A DNA stretch of 64,000 bases from Squalus acanthias (Eukaryota), in assembly GCA_030390025.1 (NCBI GenBank), contig CM059432.1, positions 56,980,001 through 57,044,000 of the forward strand. Reading direction: 5' to 3'. The translations under genes and the position numbers were made by a program. Positions 1 through 13,017 of the stretch are shown here, one piece after another (the first letter of the stretch is position 1; each line of letters begins with the position of its first letter). Below the pieces are notes generated by a model that was not told where the DNA came from, did not search any database, and saw only the letters and a program-made list of their open reading frames with translations.

Positions 1-825
1 CTCCCAAAAGCCAGCCTCCTACTTGATATTGTTGCCCAGAGTTGTGAATCTGTTTACAGAAGGCAGGTCTCACAGTCTGAGCACATGTAATGTGCACAAT
101 TTCCCAGGATGCATCAGTTGCATTTAAATTAACCAAATGATAAAATGCTACTCTCTCATTCCCTAACAAAACCTATTTGATTGTTTTTTTAAATTATTTG
201 AAGAAAAGCTAGAGGACAATTGAGATTTATAACGAACTTTTTCACAAAAAAAAGAAACTGCCTGTATGCAAGTTTTTTACATGTATATGCGAGAGAGAAT
301 AAAATATGATAGCCTGTGCTGATTACAGATCTATCGCAGCTTTAGTTGGTTATCAAATTATAACATACTGTATAAACTTTAGAATGCATATTAAGCACAC
401 ACACACACTGCCTTTCCTTATTCTAATTTGAGTTTATTTTTTATAAGTTAAATTTTGAAAGCAAAATGAAAACTTCTATCACCTGACTATCATCTGGGTT
501 TTGTTGATGGTGAGAAAATTTAAATATTCTCGTGACTGACACACAGGCACATATTTTACTTAGCTCGGCGAGTCCGTGGCAGGTGATGTCAGCAGGTCCC
601 GACCCCGCTGCTGGCTCCATCCCGCGCTGTAAAATGATTTTATGTTGATAGGGCATGTTAAGCCCAGCCCAGTGCGTTTGCCGGGCCAATTAGAGGAAGT
701 GGGTCTCTTGACGTCATTTCACGAAGCGTCATCAGCCAGTTTCCTTGAAGGGACCATGGCCACCTTTATTTTGACATTTGTCCTGTCAGTGTTCGACAGC
801 ATTGAAGTGCTGCAAATACTGATAA

Positions 826-1025
826 TCACTGCACAGAGATGCAGGGCTGCACCCAGGTTCTCCCATGACTCCCTCCATATGCCACAGAACACAAGGAAGT
901 CTTCTTCCTTGGACACCAACACAGCCTGGTTGCACATTGGACAGGAGGGCACAAGCAGGGATGTCGTCAGGTGGACCTGGGTGCAGTGGCGCAAACCTTT
1001 CAATGATCTCATTAGATCATTAAAC
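826..1025 (+). pseudogene. Decayed Myb/SANT-like (MSANTD-type) DNA-binding domain exon of a Harbinger element
   Basis: AAPRFSHDSL...TNTAWLHIGQEGTSRDVVRWTWVQWRKPFNDLIRS, followed by a GTTAGT donor at 1026, the same intron position as the copies at 33750 and 35243. Confidence 0.8.
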
Positions 1026-1893
1026 GTTAGTCCAAAGCCTTCATCCTCCTGTGCCTCTCATCACATCCCCATCACTCTGCCTTCCCTACCCTACTCCTGC
1101 ACATGCTTACTCACACCAACTTACCTTGCACCTCCACCCATCCCTCTCTCTTTATCTACATTATCACATCCCCATCTCATTAGCCACCCCTCACACTCGC
1201 CCTTGTCCTAGTGCAATCATACCAACTAACAACACACAAGGGTAGGCACTTGGGTGTTTTATCCAATATTCATGTAAAGTTTGTGTTAATGCGCTGTCAA
1301 ACATTGAAACCTTTATTTTCAACACTTTGCGTTCTTGGACAGATTTGTGTGTACCTTTTGGAAGTGGCTTAGTGAGTTTCAGTGAATGGTGAGACGTAAC
1401 GGTACCCCCCGCAATGGTGGTGAGTGTGAAAGGAATGGCTTGGACATTGTAGGGATACTTTATAGTGCCAACCTGGCGCATCATGTGGCAGCCAGGGTGT
1501 ACAGCGTCAAGTGAAGTAAATCTGGCCATGGTGAGGCCATCCCTGGCCTCTCGGGCAGCAATGTGTTCGGGTGCTGATGCCCTGTGTCCTGTGCAGTATC
1601 AGGTGATTGCGGCGAAGGTTGGTGTTGTTGGTGCTGCTGGTGTTGGGGCTGATCGTGGTCGGATTCTGAGGACCAAGGTGAGAGAGTATAAAGGACACCC
1701 ATGTTGATGGAAAAGATGGCAGGTGAAGTACAGATGACAGAAGCATTCTGTCAATGGTGAGAGAGTTCTTCCAATGAGGTGATGCTGGATGGAGAGTGGA
1801 AAGTGGAAACCCTGCAGAATCTGTGCTAGAAATGGACTTTAAACAGCTTGTGGCTGAGGAAAGTGAAGATCTGTCAGGTGGGAGCTTGTCCAT

Positions 1894-2591
1894 TTGAAGC
1901 TGTCAAGGAATCAGCTGGGGATCCAGGAGGTAGTATTGCAGGAGCCTCAGTCCCTGCACTTGTCCAAAAGATTTGAGGTTCTTGCAACCCTTGTGGACGA
2001 GTGCGGGGAAAGCGGGGAGGACGAGCAAACTGACCACGGCACCGTGGTACAGGAAACTGTTCAAGTGGGGGGAGTAAAAAGGAAGGTGGTTGTAGTAGGC
2101 GACAGTATAGTTAGGGGGATAGACACTGTTCTCTGCAGCCAGGAGCGTGAGTCCTGAAGGCTATGTTGCCTACCTGGTGCCAGGGTAAAGGACATCTCCT
2201 CCTGGCTGGAGAAGAACTTGGAGTGGGAGGGTAGAATCCAGTTGTCGTGGTCCACGTAGGTACCAACGACATAGGTAGGATTAAGAAAGAGGTTCTGCTG
2301 AGAGAGTTTGAGCAGCTAGGGACTAAATTAAAAAGCAGAACCACAAAGGTAATAATCTCTGAATTATTACCTGAGCCACGAGCAAATTGGCAGAGGGTCA
2401 ATAGGATCAGGAAGATGAATGCGTGGTTTAAAGATTGGTGTGCGAGAAGTGGGTTTCGATTCATGGAGCACTGGCACCAGTATTGGGGAAAGAGAGAGCT
2501 GTTCCGTTGGGACGGACTACACCTGAACCATGCTGGGACCAGAGTTCCAGCGAATCGAATAACTAGGGAGGTAGATAGGGCTTTAAACTAA
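1894..2591 (+). pseudogene. CR1 ORF1 (SGNH esterase domain), disrupted
   Basis: VVVVGDSIVRG, VHVGTND and DGLHLN motifs. Stop at 2155-2157 and a frameshift near 2235. Confidence 0.9.
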
Positions 2592-2630
2592 ATAGGGCGG
2601 GGGGAGGGTCCCGGTGGTGAGAAATCTAGA

Positions 2631-5600
2631 ATGCTAAAGAGAAAAGACAAGGAAGCAGTGCAGGAAAGTGATTGGGGTAAGGATAACCAGATTGTGTCAG
2701 GAAGGGACAGAGCATACAAACAAAAGAGTGCACTAACAAATAGGGTTCGGGTAAGAAAAAATGGTAAGACAAATAGGGCCACAGTACAAAAAAATGTTAA
2801 GATGTCTAAAAATGTTAAAAAGACAAATCTAAAGGCACTTTATCTGAATGCACGAAGCATTCGTAATAAGGTAGACGAATTAACAGCGCAAATAGATGAA
2901 AACGGATACGATATAATTGCGATTATGGAGACATGGCTGCAGGGTGACCAAGGCTGGGAGCTGAATATCCAAGGATATTTGATATTTAGGAAGGACAGGC
3001 AAAAAGGAAAAGGAGGTGGGGTGGCGTTGTTAGTAAAGGATGAAATCAGAGCAATAGTGAGAAAGGATATTGGCTCAGAAAATCAAGATGTAGAATCAGT
3101 CTGGGTGGAGCTAAGAAGCACCAAGGGGCAGAAAACATTGATGGGAGTTGTATATAGGCCTCCAAACAGTAGTGGTAATGTAGGGGATGGCATCAAACAG
3201 GAAATTAGAGATGCATATAACAAGGGTACTACAGTAATAATGGGTGACTTTACATATAGACTGGCCAAACCAAATTAGCAACAATACTGTGGAGGACGAA
3301 TTCCTGGAGTGTGTACGAGATGGTTTTTTAGACCAGTACGATGAGGAGCCAACTAGGGAACGGGCTATCCTAGAATTGGGTACTGTGCAATGAGAAGGGG
3401 TTAATTATTAATATTGTTGTGCGGGGTCCTTTAGGGAAGAGTGACCATAACATGGTAGAATTCTTCATTAAGATGGAAAGTGAAGTAGTCCAATCTGAAA
3501 CTAGGGTCCTAAATCTAAACAAAGGAAACTACGAAGGTATGAGGAGAGAGTTGGCTATGATAGATTGGGGAGCTTCATTAAAAGACATGACGGTGGATAG
3601 GCAATGGCTAACATTTAAAGAACGAATGCATGAATTGCAACAGTTATACGTTACTTTCTGGCGCAAAAACACAAAAGGAAAAGCGGCCCACCCATGGCTA
3701 ACAAAAGAAATTAAGGATAGTATTAGATCCAAAGAGGAGTCATATAAAGTTGCCAGAAAAAGTAGCAAGCATGAGGATTGGGAGCAGTTTAGAGTTCAGC
3801 AAAAAAGGACCAAGAGATTGATTAAGAGGGGGAAAATAGAGTTTGAGAGTAAACTTGCAAGGAACATAAAAGTGGACTGTAAAAGCTTCTACAAGTATGT
3901 AAAAAGAAAAAGATTAGTGAAGACAAATGTAGGTCCCTTACAGTCAGAAACGGGAGAATTTATAATGGAGAACAAGGAAATGGGAGAGCAATTAAACAAA
4001 TACTTTGGTTCTGTCTTCACAGTAGAAGACACAAATAACTTAACAGAAATGCTAAGGAACCAAGGGTCTAGTGAGAAGGAGTAAATGAAGGAAATTAGTA
4101 TTAGTAAAAAAATTGTGCTGGAGAAATTAATGGGTCTGAGAGCTGATAAATCCCCAGGGCCTGATAATCTGCATCCCAGAGTACTAAAAGAGGTAGCCAT
4201 GGAAATAGTAGATGCATTGGTTGTCGTCATCCAAATTTCTATAGATTATGGAACAGTTCCTGCAGATTGGAGGGTGGCAAATGTAACCCCACTATTTAAA
4301 AAAGGAGGGAGAGAGAAAACAGGAAACTACAGACCGGTTAGCCTAACATCAGTAGCAGGGAAAATGCTAGAGTCTGTTTTAAAGGATGTGATAACAGAAC
4401 ACTTAGAATATATCAACGGGGTTAGACAAAGTCAGCATGGATTCATGAAAGGGAAATCGTGTTTGACAAACCTACTGGAGTTTTTTGAGGATGTAACTGG
4501 TAGAATAGATAAGGGAGAACCAGTGGATGTGGTGTATTTGGATTTTCAGAAGACCTTTGATAAAGTCCCACATAAGAGGTTAGTGTGCAAAATTAAAGCA
4601 CATGGGATTGGGGGTAATATACTGGCATGGATTGAAAATTGGTTGACAGACAAGAAACAGAGAGTAGGAATAAATGGGTCTTTTTCGGGGTGGCAGGCGG
4701 TGACTAGTGGGGTACCGCAGGGATCAGTGCTTGGGCCCCAGCTATTCACAATATATATCAATGATTTGGATGAGGGAACCAAATGTAATATTTCCAAGTT
4801 TGCTGACGACACGAAACTAGGTGGGATTGTGAGTTGTGAGGAGGATGCAAAGAGGCTTCAAGGCGATTTAGACAAATTGAGTGAGTGGACAAATACATGG
4901 CAGATGCAGTATAACGTGGATAAATGTGAAGTTACCACTTCGGTAGGAAAAACAGAAAGGCAGAGTATTATTTAAATGGTGATAGATTGGGAAATGTTGA
5001 TGTACTAAGGGACCTGGGTGTCCTTGTACATCAGTCACTGAAAGCAAACATGCAGGTGCAGCAAGCAGTTAGGAAGGCAAATGGTATGTTGGCCTTCATT
5101 GCAAGAGGATTTGAGTACAGGAGCAAGGATGTCTTACTACAGTTATACAGGGCCTTGGTGAGACCACACCTGGAGTACTGTGTGCAGTTTTGGTCTCCTT
5201 ACCTAAGGAAGGATATACTTGCCATAGAGGGAGTGCAGCGAAGGTTCACCAGACTGATTCCTGGGATGGCAGGACTGTCGTATAAGGAGAGATTGGGTTG
5301 ACTAGGCCTGTATTCACTAGAGTTTAGAAGAATGAGAGGGGCTCTCATTGAAACGTATAAAATTCTGACAGGGCTAGACAGACTGGATGCAGGGAGGATG
5401 TTTCCCCTGGCTGGGGCGTCTAGAACGAGAGGTCATAGTCTCAGGATATGGGGTAGGACATTTAGGACTGAGATGAGGAGAAATTTCTTCACTCAGATGG
5501 TGGTGAACCTGTGGAATTCTCTACCACAGAAGGCTATGGAGGCCAAGTCACTGAATATATTTAAGAAGGCGATAGATAGATTTCTACACGCAAAAGTCGT

Positions 5601-5640
5601 CAAGGGGTATGGGGAGAGAACGGGAATATGGTATTGTGAT
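2631..5640 (+). pseudogene. CR1 ORF2 (AP endonuclease + reverse transcriptase), with frameshifts and stops
   Basis: LYLNARSI, ETWL, YRPP, MGDF, SDH, KSPGPD, NYRPVSLTS, GVPQGSVLGP, FADD, YRALVRPHLEY. Split across ORFs 2631, 3419, 4085, 4987 and 5332. Confidence 0.95.
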
Positions 5641-6180
5641 CGAGGATCAGCCATGATCATATTGAATGGCGGAGCAGGCTTGAAGGGCCGAATGGCCTAC
5701 TCCTGCTCCTACTTTTCTATGTTACAATGGCCACTGAACTCCTGCCTCAGGTTGACAGCCGTGGTTCCCGAACAGTGTGGTTCCCGTGGCCATGAAGTTA
5801 AAGTGAAAAGCTAAGTTTAAAAAACCTGTTAAGCATCTGTCAACTAGATGCTAATGAGATTAATTGGGTCCCCCGCCGCTGCCTGTCGGGTCTGCTCAGC
5901 GCTGACAGACCCGACATTGGTAAAGGCGCGTGGCGGCGGGTTGACAGTGGGTTCCCGACCTGCTGTCAAATAAAACACTTTCCCACCCAACCCGCCACTG
6001 ATTGCGCCCGCTGACTCCCCTGCAAAATTCCGGCCAGAGATTCTCTTCCAGGAAGCAATCGCAAAACAACATTTGCAGATATCTCTTACAAACTAGTGCT
6101 GCCAGATGTGGGATACCCACCCATCCATGCCAAGTTCGGTCAGGCTAGCTCCTCCCTCCTCTTGCTCGTGACAGACACCA

Positions 6181-6769
6181 GGGCCGAGATCTTACCTGAA
6201 GAGGCGCGTTGGGGGCAGGACTGCTACCTTTCGGGCTCTAGTCCCGCCCCCAGCGACGTCCGACGCACAGACACTATTTTGCATCAATTGACCTTGTTAA
6301 GCCCGCCCTGCGGGCTTGCCGGCCAATTAAGAGAAAGCCGGTGTCAGATGACGTCAGTTGATGACGTGTCGTCTGCTGGTTTTCTTAAAGGCGCAACCAC
6401 CATTTCTTTTTGACAGATGATTTTTTCAGTGTTTGACAGCATTGAAGTGCTGCAAACACTGACAATCACTGTACAAAGTCCTTCACCTGACGAAGAAGCA
6501 GCGCTCCGAAAGCTTGTGATTTCAAATAAAACTGTTGGACTATAACCTGGTCTTGTGCGACTTCTCACATTTGTTAACTAGCAGTTAAGTGGCTATAATC
6601 CACTTCCGGCTGCTAGGAGTCGGGTCCCTGCGCAAATCGGGGACCCGACTCCCGGGAAGATTGATTGGAGGCAGGTTGGAAGCGGGTTCAGGACCCGCTG
6701 CCAATCTTTTTGATTTTGCCAGCAGTCCCGCCTCCAAACCCGACCCCTGAGCGCCGGCAAAATCGCCCC
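6181..6769 (+). mobile_element. Internally deleted Harbinger-family derivative, interrupted by a Penelope pLTR fragment
   Basis: 6295-6475 is homologous to 650-835. Ends gggccgagatctt and ggcaaaatcgcccc form an imperfect TIR. 13-bp perfect hairpin stem at 6616-6652. No clean TSD. Confidence 0.6.
6483..6519 (+). ncRNA. Minimal type I hammerhead ribozyme (Penelope pLTR-type, family B)
   Basis: TCAC-CTGACGA-A-GAAGC/agc/GCTCC-GAAA-GCTT-GTGA. Stem I TCAC/GTGA, intact core, palindromic AAGCTT stem III, one stem II mismatch. Confidence 0.75.
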
Positions 6770-6784
6770 GTAGGAATCCACGAG

Positions 6785-7040
6785 TGAAGCAAACTCCATA
6801 TTCCACCCCTTGTTGCCAAATCCCAGGTTCTCCTTTATAATGCTGCCAAACTCCAGGACTCCCACCTCAATTCCGCTAAAGCTCAGAACCATCGTCCAAT
6901 GCTACCAAGGCTCAAGACAATTGCTCAGTTTTACCAAAATCCAGACTATGCTCCAGTGATGCCAAAGCCCAGGACTATCCCTATTATTGCAAAACCCACA
7001 TTTCCTACCCAATGCTGCTAAGTACCAGATATCTATTTCC
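6785..7040. repeat. Degenerate minisatellite of about 29 bp, 8-9 units
   Basis: A motif like tgctgccaaaNcccagg recurs near 6810, 6841, 6871, 6899, 6929, 6957, 6985 and 7013. Confidence 0.65.
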
Positions 7041-7104
7041 AACTGGTACATCTTGCCTATAATTTTGTTGTGTATAGAATAATGCGCAGTCGTAGAATTC
7101 AATC

Positions 7105-7297
7105 CAAAGATTGGTAAACATTGACCTACATTATCCCCCGGTCCACCAATGCCTCAATTTTAAAATTCTGATCCTTTTGTTCAAATTCCTCCACTGCCTC
7201 GCCCCTCCCTATCTCTGTAACCACCTCCAGCCGTACAACGGTCTGAGAACTCTGCGTTACTCTAACTCTGGTCTCTTGTGCATCCCCCACTTCCTGC
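7105..7297 (+). mobile_element. L2-type LINE fragment (ORF2 C-terminus)
   Basis: LHYPPV...FKILILLFKFLHCLAPPYL. Homologous to 48536-48770 (-). Confidence 0.75.
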
Positions 7298-7419
7298 TAT
7301 GAAAGATATATGAACTATCCACCCTTTGCTATTCAGAACACCATCAATTCTCAGTGTTCCAGCATGCCTACATATTTTCTTTCTTTTTATGTTCTAATTT
7401 TCTTCCCATATCACTCTCC

Positions 7420-7804
7420 TGAAGTCAGTGAACAGTGTTAGGGTATAATTCCATGGCACCAACGATTATTTAGTAGCTAGCACTACTTTTCTTCTCTTGT
7501 GCCTAGACAGTGAATGTTAATGGGCTATTTGAATGCAGAGATCATCACAGCCAAACCAATCCTCGCTTTCGCTCAGTGTCCATACACGCATTTCCAACAG
7601 GGGTACCTGTAATCAGATAATTGTGAGTAACAATCCCAACTGTGTTTTTTTTCCTTCCCTCGTCTGGTATGGTGAAGCCAATTGTGTGTTCCCACCAGTG
7701 ACCTACCTGAGAATGGCTAACTGAGCAGAATTTGAACCTAGGATTTTCCTGGTCTGTCTGCCCTCAGTGCCACAATACATGGTGCATTTACACCCTGAGT
7801 GCCA
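7420..7804 (-). mobile_element. Old tRNA-type SINE-like repeat, same family as 16230-16560
   Basis: The reverse complement shares blocks (accaggaa..cctaggttcaa, ctcagttagc, ggctgtgatg, aatagcc, cactgtctaggc) with 16230-16560. Confidence 0.65.
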
Positions 7805-8330
7805 ATTCATTTATTCTATTTTATAACCAAGGTCTTCCGTGAATATATGCCACCCAATTCTTATAAAATCTAACATTGAAAGAAGATTGGAATGCAAGAT
7901 TCAAAAAGAAACCAGTTACTAATTTTCACTTTATTGTGAATTTTGAAATACTTTAAATCAACTGTAATTCAGTTTCATAACATTCAGCATCAGATATTTA
8001 AATATTTTTCATGGAATGGATGCATTTTGAACATGGAAAGGCTTAGATGTTGCAAAATACATTCAGAAATTGTATTTTCTGTATTAAAAGGTACAGGTTT
8101 GAATTTGCTCAACATAACTGTGAAATAATCAGACTGCAGTCTTCTTTGAACTTGCATGCAAGACAAATTAAGCTTTTATTCCTATTTAAGCTGAGTTGGG
8201 AAAAGATGTACGGAAAATTTTCTAGCATATCAATCATTGCATATTTATGTATTAGTCAGAAGACAGTGGGAAGAGAAATGGCATGTAATAAAAAATGGTG
8301 AAACACTTCATTGCATTACTTGCACATAAT

Positions 8331-9085
8331 GGGCCGTATTTTCCGATCGGAGGCTTCCTGCGTGCGGAGGCCTCCGATCTGGAAAAAATCTACGGACTTA
8401 CCTGAGGGCTCCCGAGGTGCGGACACTTCCGCTCCTGGGCCTCTCCAACTCGAAATGCGCAGGGCCCACATATCCCAGAGGCGCATGCGGTTCGCAAGCG
8501 TCCCTGGGATCACGTGGGCCATGGGGAGCCAATCAAAGAAGGGAATCTCCCTTCATACACTTGACAGATAGACCTGTCAAATATATGAATGGAGATCACC
8601 CCCAAAACACTGTAAAACATTAAATAATTTTTTTTTAAATCACATTTTTAAAATTAGTTGAAATTACAATAAATTAAATATTTTAAACATTTAATTTTTT
8701 GAAAAAATAATTTAAGTTTTTTACGGGGCTAAAAATAAACTTACCTTTTTTAAAGTAATTTTAAATGATAAATGAGTGGGGAAAAAAATAATTATTTTAC
8801 TTTTTTCAAATCTTATGCTGGTAAAAGCAGGCCTTACGCCTGCTTTTACCAGACATAAGATTTCTAAGGGTTTTCTGCGGGCGGAGGGTCTCCAAAAAGC
8901 GGAACTATCCGCCCGCAGAGGCCCTTCTCCAGGGCAGGCGTCCGATCTGTCAAGAGCATTCTTGACAGATCAGAAATGCCGGTTTTCAGCGCATGCACTT
9001 GGCATGCCTGAAACCGGCATTTCCGATGTCCCTACGGGTGTGTACACTGCTCGTACACACCCATAGGCATTGGAAAATACGGCCC
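8331..9085. mobile_element. MITE (Harbinger-like) with 14-bp perfect TIR and AAT TSD
   Basis: aat|gggccgtattttcc ... ggaaaatacggccc|aat. A relative lies at 62028-62714. Confidence 0.9.
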
Positions 9086-9352
9086 AATGTCATTGTGATT
9101 AAAATGGTAAATGGCTTTTCTCCTTCCCCAGATAAAATTGAGGTCCTCCAAATGTGGTTTAAGAAGTTAGTAGCTCTTCAGAAGAAAACCCTTTCTTCAT
9201 CCTGGTGCTTTGTGACGTGTGCAGGCATATGCTGGAAGGCAGTTTTGGGTTTTCCAAATTGTATTTAGTCTCAGAGTTATGAAATGATTGTAGCTATTAA
9301 GTCTGGACTGAAGTTGAGATGCTACTTGTATCAGTATCTTCTGTGTGATAAT

Positions 9353-10080
9353 GGCCAGGTTTTGCGGTTGTAATGACGGCAAAACTGTCAGCGTTCGCTG
9401 TCATTACTCTGTGAAACTGACAGCAACTTCTGGTGTCCGCACATGCGCAATTAAACGCGGAAATCCAGAAGTTTCTGTCAGTGATTCCCCGCTCCTCCAC
9501 AGGGTGCGCTGTTGAAGTCCTCGCAGATGGAAATCTTAGAAATCACTTGAATTGACATGAACTTGCACTTTTTACGCTCTAATCTCATTGTAAAAACCTT
9601 GAAAAAGTTAAGACTTGTTGAATGAGGTATAACTTGGTTTTTAACTGCATACTAAGTCATAATTACTGCTGAACAACCTCTCAGGCCCTGAAAAACTAAT
9701 TTTATATTTGTGGAATGTCAAATTTCTCCATTATGATAAAAATTCCATAGATTTTTAGAATAATAAAAAAAAATTAAGTTTGTTTGATATTTCAGCTTCT
9801 ACCTTAATCCAATGTGCATGTCCCAATCTTTATTTTGCTCTCTGTAAAATGATTAAAAAGTGAAGGGTGATCATATATTTCTAATTCCTGGTTGCTGTCT
9901 GTGAGAATTCTTTAATGTGATTTTCTGCTTCGCCTGCTTGATGACATCACTGTTGCTGGACGCCAGAGATTCCCTTTAGATGGCACCAGAATGAAATTAA
10001 CATTGGGAATGGTGAAATCCACGCCACGGATATCGCTAGATCTTTGTGGGCAGCTTTCTTCGAGGTCAGCAGTGAGGGCC
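9353..10080. mobile_element. MITE (Harbinger-like), right TIR mostly deleted, AAT TSD
   Basis: aat|ggccaggttttgcggt ... gggcc|aat. Colinear homology with 32719-33458. Confidence 0.8.
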
Positions 10081-10159
10081 AATAAGGGTCAATACCCTTA
10101 TTCGCTCATGTGTATGATTACCATGTAACCAGAACTATGCCAGCCTTTATCCTGCAACC

Positions 10160-10330
10160 AACTGGTCATTTATGTCATTGCTGTTTGTGGGTTCTTGCTG
10201 TGTGCAAATTGGCTGCTGTGTTTGCCTGCAAAACAACAGTGACTACACTTCAAAAGTAATTCATTGGTCCTAAAGCACTCGGGGACATTCTGAGGTTGTG
10301 AAAGTGACTGTATAAATGCGAGTTCGTTTT
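10160..10330 (+). mobile_element. DeuSINE 3' fragment
   Basis: cattgctgtttgtggg..gtgcaaattggctgc..cagtgactacacttcaaaagtaattcattgg..tataaatgc matches 14820-14980. Confidence 0.85.
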
Positions 10331-11605
10331 TTATTTTGCTGCGATATTCATGCACTTTGCAGCAACAATGCTACATTGCAATGTGACTGAAACTCCAAGT
10401 GCATTTTTTCATCCACATACAGCAATGAGTTCAGACAGAGTTTATGTTTTATTGTGGTTATATGGAGCCACAGACCTAAATGGTTCCTACAGCTCTTAAA
10501 GTGAATAGTAGTGTTTTGATGGCTCACTGAATTTTTAAAACTGCAGCCAATCTTGTCTGGAGAAAGATGCGAAGCAATATTGGCATAATGTGGTGTATAT
10601 TTCTGCAATTGCAACAAGCTCCTTTAAAACTCATAATAAAAGATAACTTTTACTTTCTTTTAACTCCTACTTCCACTTTTGTAAATAACATACTCATTGG
10701 GGACAACAGAGTATTCAGGTTGTTGCTTGTAATGTACTAGGCGTTCCTCACTTACTGAACAAAACAATTATACTCCTGTTTCGTGTTCTGAATTTTTGTG
10801 AGTTTTCACATTTCTATATTCCCATGAATATTTTATTGTTTCCTATCCATTGTCTTCCTGAGGATGCTGCTGCCTATTGTGTGTCCTCACAGGTGTGACA
10901 AACTGACAGTATTGGACTTGTTTTCATTATGAAGGGGTGTATTGCAGTTCTCTAAATGGCGAATTTCATGTTTAATGTAGATATAGGAAGGTTACTTAAC
11001 TCGCATGACAATCACAAGATGACAGACATCAGAGGAAAAGTACTTAAGCCTTAAACAAAGTAGAGATTAAGGACATTTTCCTTGTTTTGTCGTAGATATA
11101 GCAACAGACATCCATCAAAAATGGTTAATGCTTAATCATTTCAAAAAGTAGTTGGATGCCTTACTGGTTATGAGGGTGATTGAAATAAGGAAAGGTGTAT
11201 ATGCTTAACGAACTCTAATCATGCTTTTGAGCATAGAAATACCTTAGGAATACCTTTAGATTGATATAGAATCATAAACATTTCAGCACAGGAGGTGGTA
11301 TTTTGGCCAATCATTCCTCTGCTGGCACAGACTGCTCTCATCCCATTTTCCTGCACTTTCCCCACACTGTTGAATATTTTTCTTGTGTTTATCTACTTCC
11401 CTGTGAAATGTTGTGGTTGACTCAGTTTAAATAGGCATTTGTGGTAATGCATTCCATCTTTAAAACTATTTTATTTACATGTGCACTGCAACCCAATAAC
11501 ATCACTGAGGGCTACAATAAGCACTTGGATGTATGTATTAGTCAACAGAGTGCAAACTATCACTGGCACAATAGTAATTTAAGTCTACAGTTGTATCTCA
11601 GCATT

Positions 11606-12170
11606 ATCATAGAATCATGGAATGGTTACAGCACAGAAGGAGGCCATTCAGCCCGTTGAGCCCGTGCTGACTCTCTGCAAGAGCACTTCAGCTAGTCCCA
11701 CTCCCCCGCCCTTTCCCCGTAGCCCTGCAAATCTTTTTCCTTCAGGTACTTATCCAATTCCCTTTTGAAAGCCACGATTGAGTCTGACTCCACCACCCTT
11801 TCAGGCAGTGCATTCCAGATCCTAACCACTCGCTGCGTAAAACTTTTTTCCTCACGTCGCCTTTGGTTCTTTTGCCACTCACCTTAAATCTGTGCCCTCT
11901 GGTTCTCGACCCTTCTGCCAATGGGAACAGTTTCTCTCTATCTACTCTGTCTCGACCCCTCATGATTTTGAACACCTCTATCAAATCTCCTCAACCTTCT
12001 CTGCTCCAAGGAGAACAACCCCAGCTTCTCTAGTCTATCCACGTAGCTGAAGTCCCTCCATCCTTGTAAATCTTTGCTGCACTCTCTCTAAGGCCTTCAC
12101 ATCCTTCCTAAAGTGCGGTGCCCAGAATTGGACACGATACTCCAGTTTAGCCCGAACCAGTGTTTTATAA
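11606..12170 (-). mobile_element. CR1 LINE 3' fragment
   Basis: YKTLVRAKLEYRVQFWAP and IEVFKIMRG..SRTRGH. The tail reads catagaatca on the + strand. Confidence 0.9.
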
Positions 12171-12403
12171 AATGAGCTGTGCTCTGTTTCATGTCTTGAT
12201 TTATATCCTTTGCTATGTAGCCAAATATTTAGTTTGCTTTTTTGGCAAAATGGGAATACTGAGCTGATTGTGTTAGAAACCTGTCCATGAATATTTTTAG
12301 GTTGCTTCCCTGCTCTGATGCTTTCAGTTCGTTCTTGCTGAGTAATCATCTATTGTATAGCCCATCACAATCCATAAAAACACTCATTTTATTAGTTTTG
12401 AAA

Positions 12404-13017
12404 ACAGGAGCAAGGATGTCTTGCTGCAGCTGTACAGGGCCTTGGTGAGACCACACCTTGAGTATTGTGTGGAGTTTTGGTCGCCTTATCTGAGGAAGGA
12501 TGTTCTTGCCATGGAGGGAGTGCAGCGAAGATTCACCAGACTGATACCTGGGATGGCAGGAATGACGTATGAAGAGAGATTGGGACGATTGAGCTTGTAT
12601 TCGCTAGAGTTTGGAAGAATGAGAGGGGATCTCATTGAAACTTATAAAATTCTAACAGGACTAGACAGACTAGATGCAGGAAGGATGTTCCCGATGGCGG
12701 GGGAGTCCAGAACCAGGGGTCACAGTCTAAGGATAAGGGGTAAGCCATTTAGGACTGAGATGAGGAGGAATTTCTTCACCCAGAGAGTGGTGAACCTGTG
12801 GAATTCTCTACCATAGAAGGCAGTTGAGGCCAATTCATTAAATATATTCAAGAAGGAGATAGATATATTTCTTAAGGCTAAAGGGATCAAGGGATATGGG
12901 GAGAAAGCAGGGACAGGGTACTGAATTTGGATGATCAGCCATGCTCTCATTAAATGGCGGAGCAGGCTCGAGGGGCCGAATGGCCTACTCCTGCTCCTAT
13001 CTTCTATGTTTCTATGT
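12404..13017 (+). mobile_element. CR1 LINE 3' fragment
   Basis: YRALVRPHLEYCVEFWSP...LWNSLP, ending in a (ttctatgt)2 tail. Confidence 0.95.

Larger units (their letters stand above)
1890..5723 (+). mobile_element. CR1-clade LINE, 5'-truncated within ORF1
   Basis: Esterase ORF1, then APE, then RT. 3' end is ggccgaatggcctactcctgctcct plus a ttctatgt tail. Confidence 0.95.
563..6035 (+). mobile_element. Non-autonomous PIF/Harbinger-type DNA transposon, left end truncated, interrupted by a CR1 LINE (about 1890-5723)
   Basis: Contains a decayed Myb/SANT exon 1 and an opposite-strand segment resembling a Harbinger transposase C-terminus (ASAPEHIAAREARDGLTMARF, about 1520-1585). Right end gcaaaattccggcc (to 6035) matches the GGCC-type termini of other elements here. 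650-835 is homologous to 6295-6475. Confidence 0.7.

Noticed and set aside
6785..7040. CRISPR-like repeat/spacer appearance
   Set aside because: The units are degenerate, the period is too short, there are no cas genes, and the context is a vertebrate-type genome.
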